The notes: generated from the letters alone by a model not told the origin. A stretch of 64,000 bases of DNA from Candidatus Pacearchaeota archaeon (GCA_050124795.1 JASFEO010000003.1:15622-79621), one strand, 5' to 3'; numbered from the stretch's first letter, positions 38,246 to 48,225 are shown. Numbers and translations: made by a program.

Positions 38246-39312
38246 GGCGAAGTTCCGCTAACTAAGTCATCAACAATTTTTATCATTGTTTCTAAGAAGT
38301 CTTTTGTTCTTGCCTGCCATTCGTCGATTTCAACACCTTTTAAGTCGCTTATTTCTCCATGAACAATTTTTTTATGCAATGCTAATAAATCCCTGTACCA
38401 GACAACATATTTCATTTTTAGTCGTCCTGTGTCAACAAAAGTTTCTTTTAATTCTTTTGGAATGAATTCCGGCGACGGCGGCAAGACATTTGCTGAGATT
38501 AATGCAGCATGCGCAGAATCAACCATCGCCCAATAAAGTCCTTCAATGCTTCCAAGTTCTGCTGCTTTGCTTCTTGCATAATGTATTGGCGCTCTTTGAA
38601 GGCAGTCATGAATTGCTTCCGGTGTTGCCCTGATTTTTCCTTTTATTAATAAATATTTAAGTGGCTCAAAAAATCCTGCAAAGTCAATCATTGCTTCGCC
38701 ATATCTTAAAACATTAATTACCGTTGGGTCCCCCTTCATTAGGTCCCCCCACCACGTTGACAATTTAACTGTGTTAATATGCAGGTCTTTTGAATATGGA
38801 TTTGCTCTTAGAATCTTGTCCAGTTCTGTTCTGTACCATGCAATGAGTTCTTCATCCCAGTTTATTGCAATATCGTCGATAACAATTATTATGTCAATAT
38901 CTGAACCTGCTTGATTCATCTGCTTTGCAACTGAACCAAATAAAACAATTGACTTAATTAACTTGTTGAATTTTTGATAAACTTTTGTTGCAAAGTCCAT
39001 TGCAATTTCCTGTTCACTTTTAAACTGCAAGCTTGGAGAATTTTTTTCTATTGGTTTTTTTTGAGAAGTTTTTTTATGAATAGTTTTTTTCACTGGCTTT
39101 TTTTCACTGGCCCTTTTTTCTGCCATGGCTTTTTTAGCTTTTTTGTAAACTTGCCAGCCTTTTTTAAAACCCATTTTTGCATATTTTTTAGGCAAGCCTT
39201 TTTTTGCTGAATGTTTTTTATGAACAATTTTTTTGTCAGGGTTTTTTTTAGCAACTTCCTTTTTATGAAAAGTTTTTTTCTTAGAATTTTTTCTAGTCTT
39301 TTTTTTCACCAT
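38239..39312 (-). CDS. nucleotidyltransferase + HEPN-like protein with Lys-rich N-terminus
   Basis: SIVLFGSVAK..SDIDIIIVIDD; YWAMVDSAHAAL..PPSP. Confidence 0.82.
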   Translation of the reverse strand: MVKKKTRKNSKKKTFHKKEVAKKNPDKKIVHKKHSAKKGLPKKYAKMGFKKGWQVYKKAKKAMAEKRASEKKPVKKTIHKKTSQKKPIEKNSPSLQFKSEQEIAMDFATKVYQKFNKLIKSIVLFGSVAKQMNQAGSDIDIIIVIDDIAINWDEELIAWYRTELDKILRANPYSKDLHINTVKLSTWWGDLMKGDPTVINVLRYGEAMIDFAGFFEPLKYLLIKGKIRATPEAIHDCLQRAPIHYARSKAAELGSIEGLYWAMVDSAHAALISANVLPPSPEFIPKELKETFVDTGRLKMKYVVWYRDLLALHKKIVHGEISDLKGVEIDEWQARTKDFLETMIKIVDDLVSGTSPQ

Positions 39313-39375
39313 CTTTTCTCAATAACAAAACGCATTACTTGTTTTTAAATTTATTGAAATCACTAATGTGATTTT

Positions 39376-41283
39376 TTATTCCATCCCCCGCCCGCTCATT
39401 CGAGAACCTCCGCCGCCCTGCATTTGACCTCCAAGTTCAGTTGGCAAACTTGCCATTGAAAATCCCCCGCCATACATTTGAAAATGTGTGTTTGGCAAAA
39501 TCTGTCCGTACCCTGAAAAATATCCTTGCTGAAGACCTGCTGTCTGATTCCAATAAGGCCCCATTTGCATTGAATAAATTCCTGAGCCAAAAGCTTCAAG
39601 TGATGCCTGAACAGGGGCAGTCTGAAAATGCTGCCACCAATTACCAGCCTCAATAACTTTCTTTGCTTCAAACCCTTCCTTGCCAAGTTTCTCCATAATT
39701 TCTTTAATAGGAACATTCCCCATCCCCATTGGCAGTTCAGTGTGTTCAAGACCGAAATTATCAGACAAGTGAACATGCTTGACAAAGGGTTTTATTGCTT
39801 CGCTCTCTTGTATAACATTTTCTTTTGTTGCGCCAAATTTTCTGATCATGTTTATATGCCCCACGTCCCATGTTGCGCCAATTAATTTCTCAGCCTCTTT
39901 TCTTGCTTCTCTTTCAGAAATTCCTTCTGCCTTTGCTTTTTCAATAAACTTTGCATGGGATTTTTCAATTAACATTTTTAATTCCTTGCCTGTACTCAAT
40001 GCCCCGCCTGCAGGAGGATTCTCAATTGCAATAATTGGCGCAGCTTTCCATTCTCCTTTTCTTACTTTTTCATATCCTGCAAAAGCAGTGTTGGCGAAAG
40101 TCTCAGCAGATTTATCACTTGCAAACTTCTCCATTGACTCATACATTTTTGGTGCAAGACGACGGTTTTTTAAATTATGAAGCAAATTCTGCATTGCATT
40201 TGACTGCCCGACAATTGACTGCCCGCTATTTTTTAATTCCTCGCCGTATTGTTTTGATATTATTTTTAATGCTTCTCTTTGATTTTCATCTCCATATTCA
40301 TAAGCCTTGCTAAATAATGCCTGAAGCTGCTGGTCTGTATCATGAAGATATGTTTCTGCATTTTTGTAATGGTCATATGCTGCCTTTTGCTCTGGGAATT
40401 GACTTAGCAGTTGAGGATTAAGTTTCCCTTCTTGGCGAGCTTTTTCAAGATGCGCAATCTTAGGAGCATTCCTCTGTAAAATTTCATCTGCTCTTTCTTT
40501 ATTAAATAAAATCTGGTTAAGAGAATTATCCCATTCTGAATGATTCAACATATTAATTCTGTCTTCAGGGGCCAGAAATTTTCCATCGCCTTCCAAGGGG
40601 ATTTCTTTAAAAACTTTTTCAGGGGAGATTTCACCTGCTTTATATCTTTTAATGTCTGCTTCTGTAACGCCCTCTTTTATTTCCCCTTCTGTCATTCCTC
40701 CATAAATTCCTCCTGGATAAAACTTTTTTTCAGGTTTTAATTGTCCGGGTTTACCAGTCTCGCGATTTACAATAATTAATTCCTTTGTTTTTCCTTTTCC
40801 TTCTTTTCCCCATTCATATTGAGAACCAGGGATTCCCGCAGAAGAATGAAAAACAACAGGTGAACTTCCGTCAGGGTTTACGTCGTGGGCTCTATCCATG
40901 ACATTTTGCATTTGCCTCTCAACTGCTTCTCTTTGCAATTCACTAAAGCCCTGATTTGTCATCCCTGAAGCTTCAAATTGAGGTGAGCCGTGAACAGTCA
41001 CAGTAGCTCCGACTAATTTTGCCTGTCTTGCAACCTCCTTGAAATGCTCTTTTGGGATTGATTCAAAAACACTGGGCTCAACAGGAGAAATCTCAATATG
41101 CTTAACCCCGCTTGATAATTTGTCAGTAACTTCTTTTAAGATATTCGCAGATCGAAAATCAGTTGTCAAACCAAACTGGCCAGCAGTTACAGGATAATTA
41201 GAAGGCGATAAACTGTTTTTATTTGGGTCCAGGCTTGAATAACCCCCCTGATAAATATTTTTAATTTCGTAAGCCATTTTCAC
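39376..41283 (-). CDS. xylose isomerase/AP endonuclease 2-like TIM-barrel protein with large insertion
   Basis: VTVHG, VVFHSS, IAIEN, TWDVGH, HVHLSDNFG..ELPMGMG, VIE. Confidence 0.78.
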   Translation of the reverse strand: MKMAYEIKNIYQGGYSSLDPNKNSLSPSNYPVTAGQFGLTTDFRSANILKEVTDKLSSGVKHIEISPVEPSVFESIPKEHFKEVARQAKLVGATVTVHGSPQFEASGMTNQGFSELQREAVERQMQNVMDRAHDVNPDGSSPVVFHSSAGIPGSQYEWGKEGKGKTKELIIVNRETGKPGQLKPEKKFYPGGIYGGMTEGEIKEGVTEADIKRYKAGEISPEKVFKEIPLEGDGKFLAPEDRINMLNHSEWDNSLNQILFNKERADEILQRNAPKIAHLEKARQEGKLNPQLLSQFPEQKAAYDHYKNAETYLHDTDQQLQALFSKAYEYGDENQREALKIISKQYGEELKNSGQSIVGQSNAMQNLLHNLKNRRLAPKMYESMEKFASDKSAETFANTAFAGYEKVRKGEWKAAPIIAIENPPAGGALSTGKELKMLIEKSHAKFIEKAKAEGISEREARKEAEKLIGATWDVGHINMIRKFGATKENVIQESEAIKPFVKHVHLSDNFGLEHTELPMGMGNVPIKEIMEKLGKEGFEAKKVIEAGNWWQHFQTAPVQASLEAFGSGIYSMQMGPYWNQTAGLQQGYFSGYGQILPNTHFQMYGGGFSMASLPTELGGQMQGGGGSRMSGRGME

Positions 41284-41486
41284 CTCGATTAATTTAAGTA
41301 TAAGAAGTTTATAAAATTATTTATCCTGATTGCTTTATACTTTCTTTTTGGTTCGAGGAAAATTTGTCTTTGCGAAAGACTTAAATAATTGCAATTATTC
41401 AGTATTTTAAGGTAACAGGGATTGCCTTAAGTCATCATGACATCCCGCTATGTATCCCGGCTGTGTCTAACACTGGGATTTTTAAA

Positions 41487-41582
41487 AGGGTAAAGAGAGT
41501 TTCTGTTTATATTGATGGGGCTAATTTTTATGGCGGTCTAACATCTATAAATAAAAATTTTAGTGATTTGAATTTTTATTAG
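41487..41582 (+). pseudogene. 5' fragment of an NYN (LabA/DUF88) domain gene
   Basis: RVKRVSVYIDGANFYGGL, then stop. Confidence 0.65.
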
Positions 41583-41643
41583 ATATTTTATTTTTGATTT
41601 TTCCTGCAAAAAGTTTAAATACTTATAGATATCTATTAGTACC

Positions 41644-41898
41644 ATGGAAACAAAACAGATAAACATGAAAATTCCCCTGAATCTTCTTAGTGCTGCCGAG
41701 AGTTATGCAAAAAATTTCGGGTTTAGAAATATTCAGGAACTTGCAACAGAGAGCATGAGAGAAAAGATTTTTGAAAAAAATGAATTTGATGAAAATTTTA
41801 GTGAAAGGGAAATTGATTTAATTGATAATTTAATTTCAAAAACATTAAAGAGTAAAAAATTTATTTCTGAAGATGAATTATTTGGTTCATTAAAATGA
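41644..41898 (+). CDS. putative RHH antitoxin
   Basis: QINMKIP..AESYAKNFGF; ATGA overlap with RelE; palindrome ATAGATATCTAT at 41625..41636. Confidence 0.7.
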   Translation: METKQINMKIPLNLLSAAESYAKNFGFRNIQELATESMREKIFEKNEFDENFSEREIDLIDNLISKTLKSKKFISEDELFGSLK

Positions 41899-42188
41899 AC
41901 TATTATGTAATTTCATCAAAAGAATTCAAAAAACAATTTGATAAGTTAGATGAAAAATCAAAAAAAATTATTTATGAAAAAGTCCAGTTAGTTAAGGCAA
42001 ACCCATTCAGATATAAAAAGATTCACTCAAAACTTTTTTCAAGAGTTTTTAGAATAAGATTTTCAATTACAAGAAAAGAAACCCGTCTTATTTATGTATT
42101 ATTGCATCAAAAAATAATTTTAATTTGTCTTCTCAACAGAAAAAATGATTATAAAAATTTAGAAAAATATTTGAAAAAAATTAAATGA
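41895..42188 (+). CDS. RelE/ParE-family toxin
   Basis: SKEFKKQFDKL..NPFRYK..FRIR..RLIY. Confidence 0.8.
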   Translation: MNYYVISSKEFKKQFDKLDEKSKKIIYEKVQLVKANPFRYKKIHSKLFSRVFRIRFSITRKETRLIYVLLHQKIILICLLNRKNDYKNLEKYLKKIK

Positions 42189-42270
42189 TTTTTCAAACTT
42201 TCACAAAAATTAAATTTTTGAGTATCCTTAATTATCCAATGCAGAATTAAAAAATTTCTTTAGAAATTTT

Positions 42271-42849
42271 TTACTTAACTTCATACTTTCTTTCAAATTT
42301 TCCTATTTCTTCAAATCCGCTTTTTCTTTTTTTTCCTGCGCTTTCAAAATCTGTTCTTTCAACAGAATAAGTTTCTCCTGATGAAGAATTATTTTCCATG
42401 GTGCCTTCAGACGGCATAAATGCAACTTCATCTGGTGAAGAAGATTGCCTTGTTCTTCCTGCCTGAGAAAAGTCAACTTGCCCCGGGGCATTATAAGTTT
42501 CTGAAGACTGAGCATATTTTCTCTCTTCTTCATTTTCTGAATCTACCCTGTAACTAAATGGTTCTTTGTCTTTTGTTTTTGGAGCAGATTTCATTCCTGC
42601 CTCGAGATTTAACCCTCCTTCTTTTGGAGCTTCTGCCATTTGCGTTAAAACAGGCGCGCGAAAACCAATTTCCTGCAATCCTGAATCAGAAGAAAAATCC
42701 TCCTCAATTAAAATTTCCTCCAAGTCATCATCCTTCGGCTTTTCTTTTTTCTCAATTAAAATTTTTTTCTTAGTTTCCTTAATTTCTTTTTTATCTTTAG
42801 AATTTTCTTTTAATTCTTTTTTATCTTTTTTTTCCTCTTTCTTTTTCAT
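42271..42849 (-). CDS. hypothetical low-complexity charged protein
   Basis: 192 aa, Lys/Glu-rich. Confidence 0.7.
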   Translation of the reverse strand: MKKKEEKKDKKELKENSKDKKEIKETKKKILIEKKEKPKDDDLEEILIEEDFSSDSGLQEIGFRAPVLTQMAEAPKEGGLNLEAGMKSAPKTKDKEPFSYRVDSENEEERKYAQSSETYNAPGQVDFSQAGRTRQSSSPDEVAFMPSEGTMENNSSSGETYSVERTDFESAGKKRKSGFEEIGKFERKYEVK

Positions 42850-42925
42850 AAGTTGTTAAAGAAATTTTAATTTTTAATTTTTTCTAATTGGTTAAATTTA
42901 TAATGTTTGTTTTCTTTTTGTTTTT

Positions 42926-43339
42926 ATGAAAAGAGGTATTGGGATTTTATTTTTTGCATTTGGGATTTTGCTAATTTTAAATTCATTCCATGGATTAACC
43001 GGATTTGCAATTTATGAGAAAATTAGAGAAGCACAGAGTTCTGTATTTGGGCTTATGTTTATTCTTGTTGGGGTATTTTTGATTTCTCTTGGAAAACTTG
43101 AAAAAGGATTAATGAAATTGAAAACCGGAGTTATAACTGATCCAAATCAATTAAAGAAGATTGCAAGAAAATTGGGCTATGAAGGAAAAATGGTAAAAGA
43201 AGGTTGGCAGGTTCTGGATGAAAAAGGAAAACCAGTAACAGTAATCCCAAGGCGTGTTTCACGAGGAGTTTTTTATAATATCCGAGATGCATTGAGAAAA
43301 GGAGAATCAAATTTCAGAAGATATAGTTATGGAGGTTAA
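42926..43339 (+). CDS. two-TM protein with LTGFAI motif and HicA-like C-terminal domain
   Basis: TM-LTGFAI-TM-GKLEK, then LKKIARKLGY..WQV..PVTVIP..GVFYNI. Confidence 0.55.
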   Translation: MKRGIGILFFAFGILLILNSFHGLTGFAIYEKIREAQSSVFGLMFILVGVFLISLGKLEKGLMKLKTGVITDPNQLKKIARKLGYEGKMVKEGWQVLDEKGKPVTVIPRRVSRGVFYNIRDALRKGESNFRRYSYGG

Positions 43340-43455
43340 TCTTCTTCATTAATTAATCCATCATACTCAGCAATTTCTTCTTTTATAGTCGGTCTTTTTT
43401 TGCCATAGGGTGAATCAGAAAAATGCTTTTCTTCAAAAATTTCTTCTTTATTCAT
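43336..43455 (-). CDS. 39-aa acidic peptide (not in ORF track)
   Basis: MNKEEIFEEKHFSDSPYG..NEED; TATA-like element upstream. Confidence 0.35.
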   Translation of the reverse strand: MNKEEIFEEKHFSDSPYGKKRPTIKEEIAEYDGLINEED

Positions 43456-43754
43456 CTTAATTAAAAAAATTAAAGTTTTTAAAATTAATGAAGGGAAAAT
43501 CTGCATGAGAAAAATTTTTAAATGGTGTTTTTGTAAAGGTTTTATGACAAGAAATGAATATAAGTTAACAAAAGAATTTGTTAGGCTTAGCTATGCTTGT
43601 CATCTTTCTTCGTAAACTTATTTCCCTTTAGAGGAGAAGTATGCAAAATTTCTAAATTTTCTAACGAGACTATGATTTCTATGCAAACTTTTTTTGACAT
43701 TGAAAGAGAAAACTATTCTAAATTAAAATTAATTTGGAGGAAATTCTAATGGGG

Positions 43755-44987
43755 ATGCCAATCGATGTTTTAAAGCAGTCAATTAAAGAGCGGCTTTTGG
43801 GAAAAGAAGGAAAGGCAAGAATTGAAGAAGTTAAAAAAATCTTGTCAGAAATTCCAAATATTCATCCAAGTCCTTATGGCAGGATAAAGAAGTTGTTAAG
43901 AAAAGAAATTGATACAAGAGTGAATGCTTCTTACAAAACTTTCAAAAAAGCAGTTGTAATAGATGAATCTAAATGGGCGTTTGCAAATATTGCGATAACT
44001 GCAATGGCGGTCCTTGTCCTAATCTATAAGACTTATACAGACTTTCATACAACAGGCGTTATCTTAATTGGAACACTTTATATTTTATATGGTTATCTAA
44101 ATAAAGTTGGAGAATCTTTTTTCCAATTTGGAAGATTTTATGGAAGATGCACAAGATTAAATGCAAGAATTGAAGGAGCTTATTCAATTGATGAGGAATT
44201 TGAAAAATTGAATTTTTCAAAAAAGAATAAAATTCAAAATGATTGGAAAAATATTGAAATTAAAAATTTAAATTTTAGTTATAATGAAAATTCTGAAAAC
44301 AGCCATCTTGATAAAGTAAATTTTAAGTTTAAGCGAGGAGAAAAAATTGCATTAGTCGGAGAGAGCGGCTCAGGAAAGTCAACAATTTTAGCAATCTTGC
44401 GAGGACTTTATTTGCCTCAAAAAGGAGAAGTTTATGTTAATCGCGAGAAAATAAAAAGGGGATTTGAAAAATTAAAACAAAATATAACTTTAATACCGCA
44501 GGACCCTGAAATTTTTAATGACACAATCGGCAACAACATTACAATGAATCTGCCGACAAAAAAAGAAGATTTAAATAAGATGATTGACATGGCGCAGTTT
44601 ACAAAAGTTGTTGATAGATTGGAAAAAGGTCTTAATACAAATGTTTTGGAAAAAGGAGTTTCACTTTCAGGAGGAGAAAAACAAAGATTAGCCTTAGCCA
44701 GAGGACTTTTAGCTGCGAAAAATAGCGACATAGTTTTATTAGATGAATCAACTTCAAGTGTTGACAGTTTAAATGAAATGAAGATTCATGAAAATATATT
44801 TAAGGAGTTTAAAGACAAAACAATTATTTCCTCAATTCACAGATTGCATCTTTTAGATAAATTTGACAGAATTTATTTGTTTGACAAAGGACGAGTTATT
44901 GCAGAAGGAACTTATGCTGAATTAAAGAAAAATTACAAGTTCAGATTTTTACTTAAGAAGTATGGATTGAAGCGAGAGATGAAATAA
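43755..44987 (+). CDS. ABC exporter lacking most of its TM domain (probable deletion-fusion)
   Basis: GESGSGKST, LSGGEKQR, LLDE; only about 2 TM helices; foreign-looking N-terminus. Confidence 0.75.
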   Translation: MPIDVLKQSIKERLLGKEGKARIEEVKKILSEIPNIHPSPYGRIKKLLRKEIDTRVNASYKTFKKAVVIDESKWAFANIAITAMAVLVLIYKTYTDFHTTGVILIGTLYILYGYLNKVGESFFQFGRFYGRCTRLNARIEGAYSIDEEFEKLNFSKKNKIQNDWKNIEIKNLNFSYNENSENSHLDKVNFKFKRGEKIALVGESGSGKSTILAILRGLYLPQKGEVYVNREKIKRGFEKLKQNITLIPQDPEIFNDTIGNNITMNLPTKKEDLNKMIDMAQFTKVVDRLEKGLNTNVLEKGVSLSGGEKQRLALARGLLAAKNSDIVLLDESTSSVDSLNEMKIHENIFKEFKDKTIISSIHRLHLLDKFDRIYLFDKGRVIAEGTYAELKKNYKFRFLLKKYGLKREMK

Positions 44988-45041
44988 TTATATATTTTCA
45001 AGAACAATAATTCTTAAAAAAGATTCAATTAAAGAATTTTT

Positions 45042-45692
45042 ATGAAGAGATTAATTTTAATTTTATTTTTGATATTATTTTTTTCAGTTATAACTGCAGA
45101 AGAAGTTTCTATTTCAAGGGATTTATCTAATCTCAAAGTTAATGAAACATTTGAAGTTGTTTTGGAAATAAATGTTTCCGGAAATTTGCTTGCTGTTGGA
45201 ATTGAAGAATATGCTCCGGAAAATGCAACAATAATAAACTCATCTGCTGAAAATTTTAGGATTAATAAAAGCAAAATTGAGTTTTTGTTATTTGATTTTA
45301 ACGATTCTGTTCAAAGTCAAAATATAAGTTACTTTGTTTTGTTAAATTCTTCAAATACTAATTTTACAGAGAATCATGAAGTTATGATTATTGGAGAACC
45401 AACAGATAATCCTTCCGAGGAGGATAATCTGGAACCTTCGGGAGGTTCTTCATCAGGCAGTGGAGGTTCTACTTCAACAAACTCCGGAGAAAATCAAACC
45501 CAAAATGATTCATTAGCAAACAATATAACTATTTTAAATAATATTAATAATCTTGGTTTAGAAGAGGGGCAAATTGAAGAGACTGTAAAGGAAGTTTCTA
45601 AAAAGATGTTTAATAAAAATAATTTTGTTTATATCGGAGTTCTACTTTTTATAGGGGTTTTCTTTTTTATAAGCAATCTAAAGAAGAGTTAA
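45042..45692 (+). CDS. surface protein: signal peptide, beta-sandwich domain, Gly/Ser linker, C-terminal TM anchor
   Basis: N-terminal hydrophobic signal; SGGSSSGSGG; many NxS/T sites; C-terminal TM. Confidence 0.7.
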   Translation: MKRLILILFLILFFSVITAEEVSISRDLSNLKVNETFEVVLEINVSGNLLAVGIEEYAPENATIINSSAENFRINKSKIEFLLFDFNDSVQSQNISYFVLLNSSNTNFTENHEVMIIGEPTDNPSEEDNLEPSGGSSSGSGGSTSTNSGENQTQNDSLANNITILNNINNLGLEEGQIEETVKEVSKKMFNKNNFVYIGVLLFIGVFFFISNLKKS

Positions 45693-47149
45693 TTATAACT
45701 CGGCATGCCATGAGCTTTTTTGTAAATATTAAAAAGTAAAAATGCTTTTTTTTCTGCGTCTTCAATTGCTTTTTTCCGAATGTAATTTTTTTCTTCCCAT
45801 GTTTCAGGCGCTATTTTTTTATCTTTTTTCTCTTTCTCTTTTTTTGGTTTATCACTTTTTTCATAATGCCCAATTAAAGCTAAAAAAGGGTTAGCGCCAC
45901 TATCAGATTTCTTTTTTTCTTTTTTCTTTTTTTCCTTTTCCTCTAAAAAATCATTAATTTCTTTTTGCAAAACATCCAGGCTTTCTGTTGTTGTGCCCTC
46001 AATTAATTTCAGTGCATCTCCGACATCAGACTTGCCCAACTCTTCATTAAGTTTATCTAATTCATCAGAATTTAATGCATAAGCGCTGAATGTTATTTCT
46101 GCTCTGCCTCCAAATGCATAATGCTGCTGCTGAGCAACTCTCTGCGGGATCCCCCTGAAACGAAAATCAACCAAAACACATGAAAAATAATCTCTTTTTA
46201 ATTTTAATTTTGCAAAATGCGCAGGAAAATTTCCAGCTAAAGCCTCTTCATCAACTTTAATTTTATTTTTTCCAAAGATACTTAATTCTAAAATTATTGT
46301 ATTAAAAGTTTTCACAAGCGCCGCCTCTCTTCCCCCTTCCTTCATTTCCAAACTTTGCGCAGCTTTCAAATACGGCTTTGCCCAACGCGAATAAAGTTTC
46401 AAACTATTCACCTGACTTTTCAAATAAGTTTTTTCCAAATTATATCTTTTTTTTAATTCTCCTTCTGAATGTTCCAGCCAGGTATTAAATTCCAAAATCC
46501 TTGCTCTCAAAATTCTTTTAACTCTGTCGTTCAAATCAATTTCATTTCCTTTTGAGTCTTTTAATTTTTCATCTCTAACTGCTAAGAACGCATCCCGCAA
46601 AGTTTGAAAACCTAACTGACCTGTTGCCATTGCATGAATACTTCCCTGTCCTCTGCCAATATCAACTTTGTCAAGCCAGATTTGTTTTAAACTTAACCTC
46701 GCTGCCTCGCTTGTTGCTTTATCCTTGGAATGAAAATCATTATAAATTGCAAGCCTTGTTCTGAAATCCTTTAAGTCATAAATAATATTCAAAACACTTC
46801 TTAAAATTGTGTTAATATCCCCCATAACCTTGAAACCCTGCTGCTGCATAACTGCTGATCTTTGACCGAGTTCAGAAAAATGACCTGAACCTGGCGACGA
46901 CGTAAAATTATCAAGAAGTTTTTCTGTGCCCATTCCAAAATCATTCATTAAATCCAAAATAAAAAAATAAACCGGCTCCAACTGCTCTGTTGCAGAATCA
47001 TAAACCAACTTATGCTCAACCAAAGGTTTTGCTTTTATTTTCTCAGGAGGGATTTTTTCATATGAACCATATTCCTCAAGCAGGTCCTTTCCATTTTCAG
47101 AATAAGAAAAATTAACTTTCCCAATCATTTGCTGAATTGTCGCCACCAT
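45689..47149 (-). CDS. hypothetical protein
   Basis: 486-aa helical ORF with host-like composition. Confidence 0.8.
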   Translation of the reverse strand: MVATIQQMIGKVNFSYSENGKDLLEEYGSYEKIPPEKIKAKPLVEHKLVYDSATEQLEPVYFFILDLMNDFGMGTEKLLDNFTSSPGSGHFSELGQRSAVMQQQGFKVMGDINTILRSVLNIIYDLKDFRTRLAIYNDFHSKDKATSEAARLSLKQIWLDKVDIGRGQGSIHAMATGQLGFQTLRDAFLAVRDEKLKDSKGNEIDLNDRVKRILRARILEFNTWLEHSEGELKKRYNLEKTYLKSQVNSLKLYSRWAKPYLKAAQSLEMKEGGREAALVKTFNTIILELSIFGKNKIKVDEEALAGNFPAHFAKLKLKRDYFSCVLVDFRFRGIPQRVAQQQHYAFGGRAEITFSAYALNSDELDKLNEELGKSDVGDALKLIEGTTTESLDVLQKEINDFLEEKEKKKKEKKKSDSGANPFLALIGHYEKSDKPKKEKEKKDKKIAPETWEEKNYIRKKAIEDAEKKAFLLFNIYKKAHGMPSYN

Positions 47150-47271
47150 TTTTATAATAAACTAAAGTAAAGAGTCTTTAAAAAATGTTTTGTGGATTTT
47201 AATAATAGAAACCTTGGGCTTATCCTTTTTGAGTAGAAAAATGAATTTGTTGAAGATGAATTTTTGTGGGA

Positions 47272-47520
47272 TTATTTTACTTTAATCATTTCAGGGATAA
47301 AACTCCTAATTTCATAGGAAGTTTCCCATATTGTTTTTGAACCAAATTCTTGTGAGACCTCTTCTTTAGTGATGCATCCAAGGTCTGTTCCTTTTTCCTT
47401 ATAATAATCATAAATAACTCTTAAAGAGTTGATAGTTCCTTCGGGTAGAATATATCTTCCAAGAACTTCACTTGACCTATCACCGGGATTAGACCCATGA
47501 ATTCTTAGAACTTCATACAC
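47272..47520 (-). CDS. hypothetical protein, possibly 5'-degraded
   Basis: Frame extends upstream without an ATG. Confidence 0.4.
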   Translation of the reverse strand: MYEVLRIHGSNPGDRSSEVLGRYILPEGTINSLRVIYDYYKEKGTDLGCITKEEVSQEFGSKTIWETSYEIRSFIPEMIKVK

Positions 47521-47640
47521 TTCACATCTTTTAGTTTCTTTTCCTAAAAATTCTTCTCTTGTCTTTAATCTTTCTTGGTAATTTTTCTCTATATATAAAT
47601 TTTATTGTGATTGAATTTTTAATCATAAAATATCTAAGAA

Positions 47641-47901
47641 CTAATCATAAACTCTTTCGCGTTTGTCAATCTTTACTACAACAATCAAATTATTTTCATA
47701 ATTGATTCTGTAAAGGATTCTATATTTTCCAATCCTTATTCTAAAAGTCGGCTCCTTATGGCCTTTCATTCTTTTGGCATTGGATGGAACAGGATTTTCT
47801 TTTAATCTCTCAAGGCAATTGAAGATTCTTAACAATAAATTTTTGTCTAATCTTTTAAGAAATTTTTCAGGTTGATTCTCATAATCTATATTGAGTTTCA
47901 T
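47641..47901 (-). CDS. RelE-family toxin
   Basis: NPVPSNAKRM..FRIRIGKYRILY..IDKRERVY. Confidence 0.9.
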   Translation of the reverse strand: MKLNIDYENQPEKFLKRLDKNLLLRIFNCLERLKENPVPSNAKRMKGHKEPTFRIRIGKYRILYRINYENNLIVVVKIDKRERVYD

Positions 47902-48143
47902 AATCCTAACTCTTTCTTTAATTCCTCGTGAGAAATTAGTTTTCCTTCTTTTTCATTAACTAAACTTTCATCAATCATCCGGATTTCTTCATCTGTTAAA
48001 ACATCATCGTCTTCATCAACCATATTTCTCTTGATAAAATCAACATCTGCCTGAAGTTTCGCCAACCTTGCGAGAATTTCATTATTGCCAATTTGCATTT
48101 CCATGGATTTATTTAATTTCCCAATTTTATAAAACTTTTGCAT
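47898..48143 (-). CDS. cognate antitoxin
   Basis: LTDEE..GKLISHEELKKELGL; ATGA overlap with the toxin. Confidence 0.8.
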   Translation of the reverse strand: MQKFYKIGKLNKSMEMQIGNNEILARLAKLQADVDFIKRNMVDEDDDVLTDEEIRMIDESLVNEKEGKLISHEELKKELGL

Positions 48144-48225
48144 TTTATTTAGAATTTATTTATTTGCTTTTTTAACCCTCATCTTGAAACAACAAATTAT
48201 AAAAAGAAAAATTCATTCTGATTTT

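Noticed and set aside
43600-43700. Possible IS right-end remnant (GATTTCTATGCAAAC)
   Set aside because: No matching inverted repeat or transposase sequence could be identified.
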